Virus record (IMG/VR): IMGVR_UViG_3300028887_000066 | Span: 1-64,000 of that record | Length of the DNA: 64,000 nucleotides | Strand: one strand, 5' to 3' | Source of the DNA: a virus | Taxonomy: Duplodnaviria; Heunggongvirae; Uroviricota; Caudoviricetes | Shown here: one piece after another, positions 32,035-42,000 of the stretch | How positions within the stretch are numbered: the stretch's first letter is position 1 | Layout: the number at the start of each line of letters is the position of its first letter | Translations under genes and position numbers: made by a program | The notes under the pieces: model-generated | What the model was told of the DNA's origin: nothing | The model's database searches: none | The model's input: only the letters and a program-made list of their open reading frames with translations

Positions 32035-33225
32035 TTAAATTTTAGATTCGTGATACCTTTTTATCTCTTTTTCCTCCAATTTCTTAAATGGAGAGAAAAA
32101 TGACGCGAATTTTGTATCGCCGACTAAATCTGTTATACCATCCTCCAAAATGTATGAATAAAGATTAGCAAATGACCTTCCATCAGGGTCTTGTGGAGCA
32201 TACATCATAGAGTCTATGGTATTTTTTGCTTCATCACTAAGTAGTGGATGTTTCAAATCTATGATTTTTTTATTGATTTCATAGAAATCTCCGTCATATT
32301 CCTTATTAGAGACACCATTTATTATATTTTGATGTACTTGTAACGGCTTTTTCTTAGATTTAACCCTTTCATCGATCAATTCCTTCGCTCTTTCCTTTAC
32401 ATCATCTATTGTAATTTTCCTATCAAGATATTCAGGAATAAGCTTTTTAAAACCTTCTTCCGACAATCCTTTGATGTTACCTATATTATCGCTTGTATCA
32501 CCACAAAATACCTTTTTGACCAAAGTATTCTCATAATGGTATCCAAAATATTCCTTAAAATTAGTAGTGGTAATGAATTTCTTTTTATGAAGCTCATACA
32601 ATGCTATGTCTTCGGCCAACAGTTGAGTCAAATCCATATCACCTGACATAATATATATTTTCTCATTTGGCTTCTTATGAGTACAATAATATGCGATAAA
32701 ATCGTCCCCTTCAGTCACCTCGTCAAATATACTGCGAATATATAATTCCTCGAAATATCTAAGCAATATGTCCCGTTCCCTGTCAAAATTTTCATCAACG
32801 AATTCATCCCATGTTTTCTTGTTTTGTGTGTTACTGTCTTTTTTCTTATTCTTGGAATATATGTATGCTTGCATCCGTTTCAGGTTTTCGTTATATTGCT
32901 TCATATATTCAGACACGCCATAATTCTCATAATGTTTGTCTCTGTTTGCTTTATATGGCTTATATAGATTCCAACGAAGCCACCCTGAGTATTCGTTATC
33001 AAATGTCACATAAACATAGTCTGGGTTAATTTTATTAATAAGCATCCTTAATTGGAGTAAGAATTGAAACACCCCGCCGATATGCACCCCATTTTGATTG
33101 ACCGTAGGATCCACCATACTAAAAAACAAAAGTGAATTGCCGTCTACAAGCAAAGTATAAAATGGTTTTTCTTTGATCAAATCAGGATGCTCTTCCTGTA
33201 TTTTTTTTCTAATAGGCTGGGACAT
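32035..33225 (-). CDS. 5'-3' flap exonuclease / T4 RNase H-like
   Basis: LLVDGNSL, YKPYKANR, EGDDFIAY, SGDMDLTQL and GDTSDNIGNIKG (H3TH) motifs. Confidence 0.9.
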   Translation of the reverse strand: MSQPIRKKIQEEHPDLIKEKPFYTLLVDGNSLLFFSMVDPTVNQNGVHIGGVFQFLLQLRMLINKINPDYVYVTFDNEYSGWLRWNLYKPYKANRDKHYENYGVSEYMKQYNENLKRMQAYIYSKNKKKDSNTQNKKTWDEFVDENFDRERDILLRYFEELYIRSIFDEVTEGDDFIAYYCTHKKPNEKIYIMSGDMDLTQLLAEDIALYELHKKKFITTTNFKEYFGYHYENTLVKKVFCGDTSDNIGNIKGLSEEGFKKLIPEYLDRKITIDDVKERAKELIDERVKSKKKPLQVHQNIINGVSNKEYDGDFYEINKKIIDLKHPLLSDEAKNTIDSMMYAPQDPDGRSFANLYSYILEDGITDLVGDTKFASFFSPFKKLEEKEIKRYHESKI

Positions 33226-33373
33226 ATTCCTCTATTTCTTTTCTTAATCCTTTATGTATTTCTTCTAATATCTTATCACTCACATATGAACCATCTTCAA
33301 GCTGCCACATGTAATGGTCACTGTCAAAATATACTTTTCTTGGGAACTCAATTGTTACTTCGTCGCTAAACAT
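33209..33373 (-). CDS. Small hypothetical protein (54 aa)
   Basis: Manual translation MFSDEVTIEFPRKVYFDSDHYMWQLEDGSY...EYVPAY. It fills the gap and overlaps the exonuclease start. Confidence 0.5.
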   Translation of the reverse strand: MFSDEVTIEFPRKVYFDSDHYMWQLEDGSYVSDKILEEIHKGLRKEIEEYVPAY

Positions 33374-33468
33374 AAGCTTATCATCAAATTATCGTAAAAA
33401 ATATTATTAAAAGGTTTAATTTTTATTAAATATACATTAAAATCCTTGGCCATACTATTTTTTCGACG

Positions 33469-33476
33469 TATCTTTG
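33469..33476 (+). promoter_or_regulatory. Bacteroidota sigma-A type -7 element TAnnTTTG
   Basis: TATCTTTG(CA) 27 nt upstream of the ATG at 33504. Confidence 0.75.
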
Positions 33477-33503
33477 CAATAGAAACATATAAATTACAAC
33501 ATC

Positions 33504-33896
33504 ATGACAAAACTTGAGGATATAAAAGCAAAATTATTGGCTGAAAACACTCCTGAAAAGAAAAGGGAAAGGTTAATCAAGGCATTCAATGAAATGAAAC
33601 CTTTCAAATATCCTTGTAACATACCAAACATACCTATTACCGACGAAGAGACATATAATACAGTAGTCGTTCCGAATCTCATCAGATGTGGTGCAATAGC
33701 AAAAAACAAGCTAATCATCGGGAAAACATATATAGGTGATTGTAGAAATGCTACAGAAGCCACATGGGATGGGGAAAAGTTCACATATATGCGTATAAAA
33801 TTCGGATGTGCGTATCCTGAAAAGATAAATCATTTTGAGGACGACAATGGATATGATTTATTCGTACCAATAAAAGAAAAACAGAATAACAAATAG
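33504..33896 (+). CDS. Hypothetical protein (accessory, opposite strand)
   Basis: 130 aa preceded by a consensus Bacteroidota promoter element (TATCTTTGCA). Confidence 0.75.
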   Translation: MTKLEDIKAKLLAENTPEKKRERLIKAFNEMKPFKYPCNIPNIPITDEETYNTVVVPNLIRCGAIAKNKLIIGKTYIGDCRNATEATWDGEKFTYMRIKFGCAYPEKINHFEDDNGYDLFVPIKEKQNNK

Positions 33897-33904
33897 TGTT
33901 TAAA

Positions 33905-34066
33905 ATGGAAAATAACTACATTGACGAAAACAGTTTCATTGGGCAGGGAAGAAGCCAAAAACAATTGGATAATGACAATTGGTGTGCAGGAATGTCAGCT
34001 ATCTTGTTCGGGGCATTTATAGTGGCGGCAATAATTTATGCGGGCATTAAACTTTTCTTTAATTGA
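33905..34066 (+). CDS. Small single-pass membrane protein (53 aa)
   Basis: Manual translation MENNYIDENSFIGQGRSQKQLDNDNWCAGMSAILFGAFIVAAIIYAGIKLFFN, followed by a terminator. Confidence 0.6.
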   Translation: MENNYIDENSFIGQGRSQKQLDNDNWCAGMSAILFGAFIVAAIIYAGIKLFFN

Positions 34067-34113
34067 AAAATAGAGGTTTGAAGATTTATTACTTTCTTCA
34101 AACCTCTATTTTT
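34066..34113. terminator. Bidirectional intrinsic terminator
   Basis: Perfect 19-bp inverted repeat aaaaatagaggtttgaaga / tcttcaaacctctattttt between convergent genes. Confidence 0.85.
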
Positions 34114-34519
34114 ATTCATAATATTCCAACTCATCTATCATATATCCGTGAAACTCATAATTCACATGATCTTCTGCATTGTCATACTCATCCCTCGTAA
34201 CACTATATTTTTCATAAACAAGGTCATATTTTCCTTCGGTGTCAAATGAATCGTATTCCTTCTTATATGCCTCAAGTGATGTTGGATCAATTAGTTCGTC
34301 ATTTTCATCATAGTATTTGTTATAGATTTCATCTACTTTCTCGTTCAAAAACTCTTCTATCTCGTCATATAGTTCCTTTGTAATTTTCTTATCCAATTCT
34401 TCACTTTCCTTGATGAAGGCTTCAGCCTTATCCCTTGTAGGAAACACGGCTTCATTTCTATCCCACTTATCTTCCCAATAACCTCCGTATGAGCGGACGA
34501 CATATACTTTCTTATTCAT
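34112..34519 (-). CDS. Acidic hypothetical protein
   Basis: 135 aa with N-terminal KVYVVRSYGGYWED...VFPTRDKAEAF, a pattern seen in small phage proteins. A TATATTTG element lies upstream. Confidence 0.7.
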   Translation of the reverse strand: MNKKVYVVRSYGGYWEDKWDRNEAVFPTRDKAEAFIKESEELDKKITKELYDEIEEFLNEKVDEIYNKYYDENDELIDPTSLEAYKKEYDSFDTEGKYDLVYEKYSVTRDEYDNAEDHVNYEFHGYMIDELEYYE

Positions 34520-34554
34520 AAATAATTTTTTTAAGATAACTTAATATTTCATTA

Positions 34555-34562
34555 CAAATATA
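34555..34562 (-). promoter_or_regulatory. Bacteroidota-type promoter element TATATTTG
   Basis: Upstream of 34519, just after the uvsX terminator. Confidence 0.65.
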
Positions 34563-34567
34563 TAAAA

Positions 34568-34594
34568 ATGGGTGATACAAATTGTATCACCCAT
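34568..34594 (-). terminator. Intrinsic terminator downstream of uvsX
   Basis: atgggtgatacaa-a-ttgtatcacccat hairpin followed by a T-run on the minus strand. Confidence 0.75.
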
Positions 34595-34608
34595 ATTCCT
34601 AATTATAT

Positions 34609-35775
34609 TTAATCCTCTTCTTCAACAAACTCCATATCTTCGGCTTTTGCATCTTGTAGTTTATCCGCACCAACGGCATTCTTCATTTTCTCAAAAATAA
34701 GAGGAATTTGTGTTTTCTTATAGTTTTCAAGTTCATCTTCACCGATAATGCCATTATGGACACAACAAATTGTCCCACTATAAACAATATTATATGGTAC
34801 GGGTAATTGTGTCTTGAAAATACTTATCTTGGCCAATGTGCCATATTGATATTCCTGCCCCTTCAAAACGGCTTTTAGCTTTTTCGTAGCGGCTTTTGCC
34901 GTTCCGCCACAGTGTATCCCAAGTCGAGTTGCATAGAATATGGCCTTGCCTCCACTATTTTCCACAGAAATAGCACCACCCATAGAATTCATTACATCCT
35001 GCCAAATCTTGTTTACGACAAGTAATGTATTTGAATACTGTGAATCTATCTCCTTAGACGCTGAAATACGGCTAAAAATAGGTTTAAATGCCGTTGAGAT
35101 GGCCCCAGCGTCAAATTGATTATTGCCTGTCTTTGATGTGTAGGAACGGTAAGACTGTATGCTTCCCACAGAGTCCCATACAAACAAAATCGGCATTGGA
35201 AGCTCTCCTTCATCTTGCTTATCGAGGAATGTATTGATAATATACGCAATATCCTCAATTACAGCCACCTTGCGTTTCTTCGCCTTTTTCGTTCCTGTGG
35301 AGTAATCCATATCACCGCAGAATTCACACATTTTTGAATTCGTAAACAGAAAATAATCCCCTTCCCAATTGACGATTTCTCGCTTAGTAGTAACCTCACC
35401 CGTAACATCATCAACGACTTCAACGTCATCATATACGGGTTCAATAGCCATACCACAATCTTTTGCATATTGAAAATCAAAGTTTCCTTCCGTTTCAAAA
35501 ATAACAGGAAGGATGCCTTGTCTCATTGCAGCGGCAATTGCACAATTCTTAATAGTCGATTTTCCTGTATCAGACCATCCACGCACGGTTGTAACACCCC
35601 TTGCAATAGGAATTCCAGGAAGCTTTAAAGCATCTTGATAGCCCTTAGGCATTATAATCCATTCCAATTCCTTATCTGCCGACTTACTATTTTCTTCGCC
35701 ACCAAGGAGTCCGTTCTTAAAATCCGAAACGCTAAACGACTTAACTGTCTTTTTCTTTAACGGCTGTTTTGCCAT
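34609..35775 (-). CDS. uvsX: RecA/UvsX-like recombinase
   Basis: Walker A GWSDTGKS, IFETEG, Walker B ILFVWDSVG and SGGKAIFY. Confidence 0.85.
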   Translation of the reverse strand: MAKQPLKKKTVKSFSVSDFKNGLLGGEENSKSADKELEWIIMPKGYQDALKLPGIPIARGVTTVRGWSDTGKSTIKNCAIAAAMRQGILPVIFETEGNFDFQYAKDCGMAIEPVYDDVEVVDDVTGEVTTKREIVNWEGDYFLFTNSKMCEFCGDMDYSTGTKKAKKRKVAVIEDIAYIINTFLDKQDEGELPMPILFVWDSVGSIQSYRSYTSKTGNNQFDAGAISTAFKPIFSRISASKEIDSQYSNTLLVVNKIWQDVMNSMGGAISVENSGGKAIFYATRLGIHCGGTAKAATKKLKAVLKGQEYQYGTLAKISIFKTQLPVPYNIVYSGTICCVHNGIIGEDELENYKKTQIPLIFEKMKNAVGADKLQDAKAEDMEFVEEED

Positions 35776-35874
35776 AATTCACATAAAATTTTACCTAAAA
35801 ATTATTGTTAGAAAATTCAGATGGTTGATGCTCCATGATTGATCAAAGAAACATCAACCACCATATTTTACCAA

Positions 35875-36912
35875 TTAGAACGGAAGACCGTCGTCACCTT
35901 CATCCAAAGAATTTACATTTTTCGTGTTTTGTGCATTGCCGTCAATCGCATTTTTTTCAGCGGCCTTAATCTGTTCATCGGCTTTCCTTTCACTCTCAGA
36001 TTTTTCCTGCTCTTTCTTTTTCTTGTATTCCTCAGGACTCATTTTCTTGATCCATTTATCGTTCTCCCTGTCGAACCAAGGAGTGTCACCATCGAGAATC
36101 ACCTTGAGATAATCGTATGGCTTTGCCACAAACACATCAGACCATACTTTTGCATCATTAAGCCATTTATCCCTCAATTCAGGGTTATCAGTCAATGGCT
36201 TAGGACTTCCGAATAATGATACGGTAGTAATCGTCTTGTTCGTAGGCTTCCCTTCCTTGTCATAACGACGCTTAACAGTAACCTTCAGGTCATAGCCCGT
36301 ATCAATATCAAGAATATTCTCAACAGGTTTTTTCTCTATTTCACACTCTTCCTTCTTATCATTGAAGAGTTTTCTTATCTGATGCTCAGGATCCATCTCG
36401 TCACTTCTAAGGTTAAACTTCCAGAACTTCACCCCTTCATCTTCCTTACCGCGCTCGATGCATCGTATAATAGAAACTTCATTAGGAATCATAGAAAGCG
36501 ACCTATCCCTCCATTCCATAGCAATGTTGTTCTCGCCCTTCTCCTTATATTCCGTGAACTTCTCATAGGCATGCTTTCTCTCCTCACAGAACGGGCAGGC
36601 AGTACCTAACTTCTCCGTATACTTGCCATGTGTCCTGTTAAGACATACATAAGACTTATAGCCGTTTTCTGAAATTTCCTTGGGGACTCCAACAGTATGC
36701 ATGTGGATGTGTTGGAATGGTGATGATGAATCCTTGTCAATGGTGATGATGCGAATATATATCTTCTTTTCATCCTCACCGTTTTCAAGTTTTACGTTGA
36801 GATAGTTCTTTGCGTCATAATTGGAAGTCGCAACGTATGCATTCCTTTTTTTCCCGCTGTTCTCTAAGGCTTCGATGGTTATATTCTTAGCCGTACTCTT
36901 TACATCTTGCAT
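35875..36912 (-). CDS. Single-stranded DNA-binding protein, T4 gp32-like
   Basis: Zn ligands H..C...CPFC, GVKFWKF, GYDLKVT and an acidic tail DDGLPF. It lies next to uvsX. Confidence 0.85.
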   Translation of the reverse strand: MQDVKSTAKNITIEALENSGKKRNAYVATSNYDAKNYLNVKLENGEDEKKIYIRIITIDKDSSSPFQHIHMHTVGVPKEISENGYKSYVCLNRTHGKYTEKLGTACPFCEERKHAYEKFTEYKEKGENNIAMEWRDRSLSMIPNEVSIIRCIERGKEDEGVKFWKFNLRSDEMDPEHQIRKLFNDKKEECEIEKKPVENILDIDTGYDLKVTVKRRYDKEGKPTNKTITTVSLFGSPKPLTDNPELRDKWLNDAKVWSDVFVAKPYDYLKVILDGDTPWFDRENDKWIKKMSPEEYKKKKEQEKSESERKADEQIKAAEKNAIDGNAQNTKNVNSLDEGDDGLPF

Positions 36913-36993
36913 TTTAAATTTTTCATTTTTTCTGCATTTAAGTTATTATTAAAACGTTTTTAAGTATGTTAATTTTTCTTTAATTTATCAAAA

Positions 36994-37022
36994 CAAATAT
37001 ACAAATCTTTTATATATAAATA
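36994..37022 (-). promoter_or_regulatory. Tandem promoters of the SSB gene: TATTTATA (37015-37022) and TATATTTG (36994-37001)
   Basis: Both recurrent motifs occur in the leader of the SSB gene. Confidence 0.6.
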
Positions 37023-37082
37023 CGAAGAAAGCCACTTTTTCAAGTGACTTTCCTTATTTATTTTTAACACTATTTCACATAA

Positions 37083-37913
37083 TTAATACTTGAGTACGCC
37101 ATCGAGTGTCTGATTATACATAAAATCATCATCATCCATTGAATCTGCTATGGATTTCCAATCGACATTACCATTTACATCATCCTTCGTGATGACATAC
37201 TGTCCCATGTTCTTACCATTGTTATCACTCTCGGTTGAATAGTTTGACGTTGCCTCTTTTTCCTTCCAATAATCCTCAGGCTTTACATTAAACGGGCCAG
37301 ACTTTGCTGTTTGCATACTGAGCTTCTCTATTTGCGTAGGATTTCTCTTTTCAAACTCTGCACGAAGGTCGTCTATTTTAGCATCATTCTGTTGAATAAG
37401 ACCCTTAAATGAGTCAAGCACATTCAACACCTTACTGAATTTATCATTAAGTTCAGTGACATCCTCCTCGGTTTTTTCCTGGCTGTCTGTAAGGTCTGAA
37501 ATATCCACTACATCATCATCAGGTGACGGCTGCTCACCACCTTCAAAGTCTTGATTGGTTATATCACCACCACCCATCATAGGATCTTGCTGCGCATCCT
37601 GTGGCGCAAATCCTTCAGGCCCTTGCGATGCTTGGTCTACTCCACCCATTCCTCCCATAGGGTCTTGTGCGCCCATAGGATTCTGTTGCTGCGCATCCGC
37701 ACCAAATCCATCCTGACCTTGTGGTGGCATCTGTTCTCCATTTGCCTCGCCCATGCCTCCATCCTGAGGCATTTCCTGTCCATTATCCTGATTTTCCTGA
37801 TCATCACCAGCTTCATCCACGTTACCGTTATACGGCATTACCGTGAATTCATAAATCTGCTGAAGTCTTTTCTTGGTCTCCTCGAATAATACACTCTTAT
37901 TGTTCTCTGCCAT
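37083..37913 (-). CDS. Acidic, G/Q/M/P-rich low-complexity protein (possible head-associated protein)
   Basis: 276 aa with a disordered middle region and a coiled coil. It is in a TATTTATA-driven operon. Confidence 0.65.
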   Translation of the reverse strand: MAENNKSVLFEETKKRLQQIYEFTVMPYNGNVDEAGDDQENQDNGQEMPQDGGMGEANGEQMPPQGQDGFGADAQQQNPMGAQDPMGGMGGVDQASQGPEGFAPQDAQQDPMMGGGDITNQDFEGGEQPSPDDDVVDISDLTDSQEKTEEDVTELNDKFSKVLNVLDSFKGLIQQNDAKIDDLRAEFEKRNPTQIEKLSMQTAKSGPFNVKPEDYWKEKEATSNYSTESDNNGKNMGQYVITKDDVNGNVDWKSIADSMDDDDFMYNQTLDGVLKY

Positions 37914-37940
37914 TTCCTATAAGCTGCTTTATACAGAATT

Positions 37941-38117
37941 TTAGCCAAAGAGAACCTGTCTGTTATCCTCAGCCAAGATTATTTTTTCATCGTCCTTATT
38001 AGTACGCTCTATAAGACCATTGTCCCTCTTGATTCTCTTAACGCGAACATTACTCTCATCTAGCGAATTGATGATTGAGTTTGCTCGTGCCATATCGTTG
38101 CTATTATTAAAACCCAT
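37941..38117 (-). CDS. Small hypothetical protein (58 aa)
   Basis: Manual translation MGFNNSNDMARANSIINSLDESNVRVKRIKRDNGLIERTNKDDEKIILAEDNRQVLFG. It fills the gap between its neighbours. Confidence 0.7.
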   Translation of the reverse strand: MGFNNSNDMARANSIINSLDESNVRVKRIKRDNGLIERTNKDDEKIILAEDNRQVLFG

Positions 38118-38122
38118 AACAC

Positions 38123-38377
38123 TTACACGGTTTCTTCCTTAGTTTCCTCACCATTTACGGCGACTGGATCCGCCAATACAGGCTCGGAAACAATATTATT
38201 GTTATTAGCCTTCTTATGCTTTCCGCTATTTGCGGTTTTCTTTACCACTTCCACTGTTTGCGGTTTAGAAACCGTTTCAACTATTTGAGGTGTTGATGAC
38301 GGTTTTTCAGTCACCGTTACCTTACCTACTCTCGGAAGCACCCTTCTTAAATTAGGGCTTTTCTTGTTTATAAACAT
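38123..38377 (-). CDS. Small hypothetical protein
   Basis: 84 aa with a TATTTATA motif about 25 nt upstream. Confidence 0.6.
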   Translation of the reverse strand: MFINKKSPNLRRVLPRVGKVTVTEKPSSTPQIVETVSKPQTVEVVKKTANSGKHKKANNNNIVSEPVLADPVAVNGEETKEETV

Positions 38378-38402
38378 AATTGTGTTAAACTTTTACTTTC
38401 TT

Positions 38403-38410
38403 TATAAATA
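38403..38410 (-). promoter_or_regulatory. Putative phage late promoter TATTTATA
   Basis: Upstream of 38377. Confidence 0.65.
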
Positions 38411-38430
38411 CAGCTTATATGGAAAAAACT

Positions 38431-39033
38431 TCATTTGTTCTTCAAAAAATAGAGATATGGAACCAATATGTTACACGATGGTATAAACATTTTCATTTTA
38501 TATGAAATAAAGTTATCATTATCTAATATGATATTGTTTTTCCCTTCTTTGATCAGGCTCCTAATCTTATCATCCTTAATTCCAATATATCTTGTATAGT
38601 CTAAAGAAAACCCTATCACGTTTCCTTCATAATACAGATATATGTGCCTATCAGTCAAATAGAATATTTTATCGGAATCATTCCTTATAAACCCAATAAT
38701 AGACTTGATTCTTGCCAACGACTCACAAAATATATTAATAAACGTATATTTTACTGAATTACTTAATTTGGAAACGACCAATTCATTGAATGTTAACAAA
38801 TCCTTTTCAAACTCATTACGTTTTTCAAGTTTTGTATAAGTCCAATAAAGATTTTTGCCTATTTTTTTGTCCAAAACATGAACATTCTCTTTACCACACA
38901 CTGACTCGGCTAATTCCTTGCCAATTATTAGGGTAGGTATTGAGGTGTCAATACTATCGGTCTTGCTGGTTTTCTCAACAAAATCGATAGTATCAACTTT
39001 TCTCATATTTGTTATGATTCGCCCTATATACAT
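38431..39033 (-). CDS. Hypothetical protein
   Basis: 200 aa with a TATATTTG element upstream. Confidence 0.7.
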   Translation of the reverse strand: MYIGRIITNMRKVDTIDFVEKTSKTDSIDTSIPTLIIGKELAESVCGKENVHVLDKKIGKNLYWTYTKLEKRNEFEKDLLTFNELVVSKLSNSVKYTFINIFCESLARIKSIIGFIRNDSDKIFYLTDRHIYLYYEGNVIGFSLDYTRYIGIKDDKIRSLIKEGKNNIILDNDNFISYKMKMFIPSCNILVPYLYFLKNK

Positions 39034-39064
39034 TCAAATTTACCGTTTAAGATATTCTACAATA

Positions 39065-39072
39065 CAAATATA
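39065..39072 (-). promoter_or_regulatory. Bacteroidota-type promoter element TATATTTG
   Basis: Upstream of 39033. Confidence 0.65.
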
Positions 39073-39081
39073 CAAATTATT

Positions 39082-42000
39082 TTATGTATTGTATATACCA
39101 TCCCACGCTGAAGGCATATATGCCTTGACATTGATGCCTTGTTCAATACGAGCCATTATTTCGCCCAATAAACAAATATTCTCTTTATCCCAAGATATTA
39201 CTGTATTTTCATCATACGTCTTATGAGCCGCATTGTTCTTTGTTAAAAATGAACAAAGGCTTGGGATATAGTGACACCATTGGTTATTCTTATTTTCATC
39301 GGCATCAGGTGGACAATACTTGTATATAATTGTTTTCGGAGTATTCCTACCAACATCAAAATATTTTTCCTTAATATAAAGGATGAATAATTTGCACGCG
39401 CTAACGGCATCCGTATGAGTTGTAAAACGACGATTATGATAATCCGTGAAATTACTCTTTGGGGTGATGTTTATACCATATCCATTCCACTTATCCCACT
39501 CGCTTGAACGTGTTATGTTAAATATTCTAAACGGTGAATGTGGTGTTTTTCCACTATTTCTTGGATAGTTTAAAGCTTCACATAAATGGTAATTACCACT
39601 TGCTTGCATTGTTTGAACTGTCTTCTTATGGCAATTTTTATGTCTTAATATGTAAATCGGCTTCAAATTCTTCCTATCTGGGTCGCTTGTGTTATATACA
39701 TACATATCAGATTGCCCAAAATCACTCACCCATTTATCACCACTATACATACATACATGCCCATATGCATACTGAGCCTGGCCGTTTTTATAACCTTTCA
39801 ATGCTTTATAGCTATAATTTCCATCGTACATACAAGCAACATCACCAGGCAATGCGTTTTCTCTCGTCCATTGCTGTCTCTGCGCACGTGTCCATCCCGC
39901 TGGAATTGTGTATTCACTACTTTCAGAAGATGGAATAAGTTCAAAATTATATTTTCTTACTCCTTGCTCACTATCTACATATCCTGATGCTTGAACTCCG
40001 TTTCCAATTCGGCATCTATCCTTATCATAACCTAATGCAACTGAAATGTATTTTGAAACGGCAGTTGCACACCAATGTCCGCTTGAACTTGTCACATAAG
40101 GACTTGGATAGGCACATTTTGTACCGTCTCTATTGCATAATGTACCCATCATTAACTCAACCGCTTTAGATGGGTCAAAATCGCTACAATCAACAGCAGA
40201 AGCCACAGGATTATACACCTCTAAACCACCATCCATATTTGTAGTAGTTCCTACTACTCTCCTGATATTGAAAATATCATCATTGAAAGCTAACTGATTC
40301 CTTGAAACCCTCACACCCGTAAACAATGTACTGAAATTACCTGCTCTAATATGATGCTCAACATTGGTAATGATATATGCCCCCCTAAACATAGGTATAT
40401 TATTCAATTGAAAATACATTAGAGGCATTATATTCGCACATCCAAGCATTTCAACAGAACAATTGTATGATCTGTTCGCATATATAGAATACACATCATT
40501 TGCTATCGTATATGGTTTTTCCAATGTACCATCATTTTTCCAGTTAGCAAGCTCAAACAAGTTTGCAATAGAATAGTCCGTAACACGTGGATTATCCATA
40601 TTGACGTTGATATTCTTAAAATATTGTTGATTCTGTCTTGCATACGTCACACCGAATGCGGGTATTGTCAATGGCATACCGCTTTGGCTCTTGTTGAACA
40701 AGTTAGCTATCGTTGTAGGAGCCGCATTACTCGCAATGTCGTTCAAGTCAGTTATACCATCGTCACACATACTCGTTTGAGATTCGTCCTCAAGCACATG
40801 TGATACCTCATATGTATACATACAAACATAGGTCGAACCGAACCCTCGTTTCATCGTATTCTCTATCTGAGGTCGAAATATATTCTCAAGTCCATTCTTA
40901 CTATAGAAATTATTCAATACAGGCAACGCCAAGAAAAGGAGTCTATTTTTCTGACAGACATCGGCCATAAACTCATATACGCTGTAATTGGATTTGTTGT
41001 CCAATTGATCAGCGATAAGCTTATATATGGTATCGGGATTTATTTTAAACCTTGATGATATATCGTTATAAAAAGAATCAATAAACACAAAATTATCATA
41101 TTCTTTTATTCCACGATGTCCATTATTCGAGCCATAATGCAATTGATCATTCACATAACGGCTTGTTTTCACGTCAAAATCATCAATAGGTGTCCTTAGT
41201 TCAAAATCACTTACGGAATATGAATTAATCCATTTATCATACAAATTTTTCAAAGCATTATATGCCTCAAGCTTATAATTTTCCGTAATATCTGTCTCGT
41301 CTACATTATTTTCTGCTGCCTCTTCAAGACTTTTCTGATCCCCATAAACGTTAGACAATGCGTTTACAAAAGCGACATACTCGCTTAATGGCATTGAAAT
41401 ACTGTCTCCATTATTTTCATCTTTTATTTCATAAAAATATTTTTTATGAATATTACTAAAAATGCCATCATACAACATTTCCCTCAAAGCAACAGAATTA
41501 TGATTGTCAACATCTTCAGATGGAGACCCATTATCGATTATAATATTTTTTAGATAGTTACTTATCGTTCTCCACTCATTAGATGCTAAGAATTTATCAA
41601 AAACTTTTTTCGCTTCTTCTTTTATTATTGTACTCAAATTATCCGTACATTCTTTAAAATCTTTTTGAAAGCCTCTGCTCGAATCTCCGTAATAGTAATA
41701 ATAATGGCTTGTATCATCATAATAGCCACTAAGATAAGAATGAATAAACATTAATGTCAATGGACTTATGCATGTAATACTTGTTTTATTTGATATTTCA
41801 CCTATATATCTAAACAAATTTTTAAATGCGTCACTTCTAGTCGTTCTCCATATAAATTCATGGCGATTATTCCCACGTCCACTCAGAAGATTGCTTGGAT
41901 AATCCCATATTAAAGTTTCCATTAAATCATAGACAAATAGTGATAAATTATACCCATTATTACCATTTATCATTCTTCCATAACTTGAAAAATGTCTATG

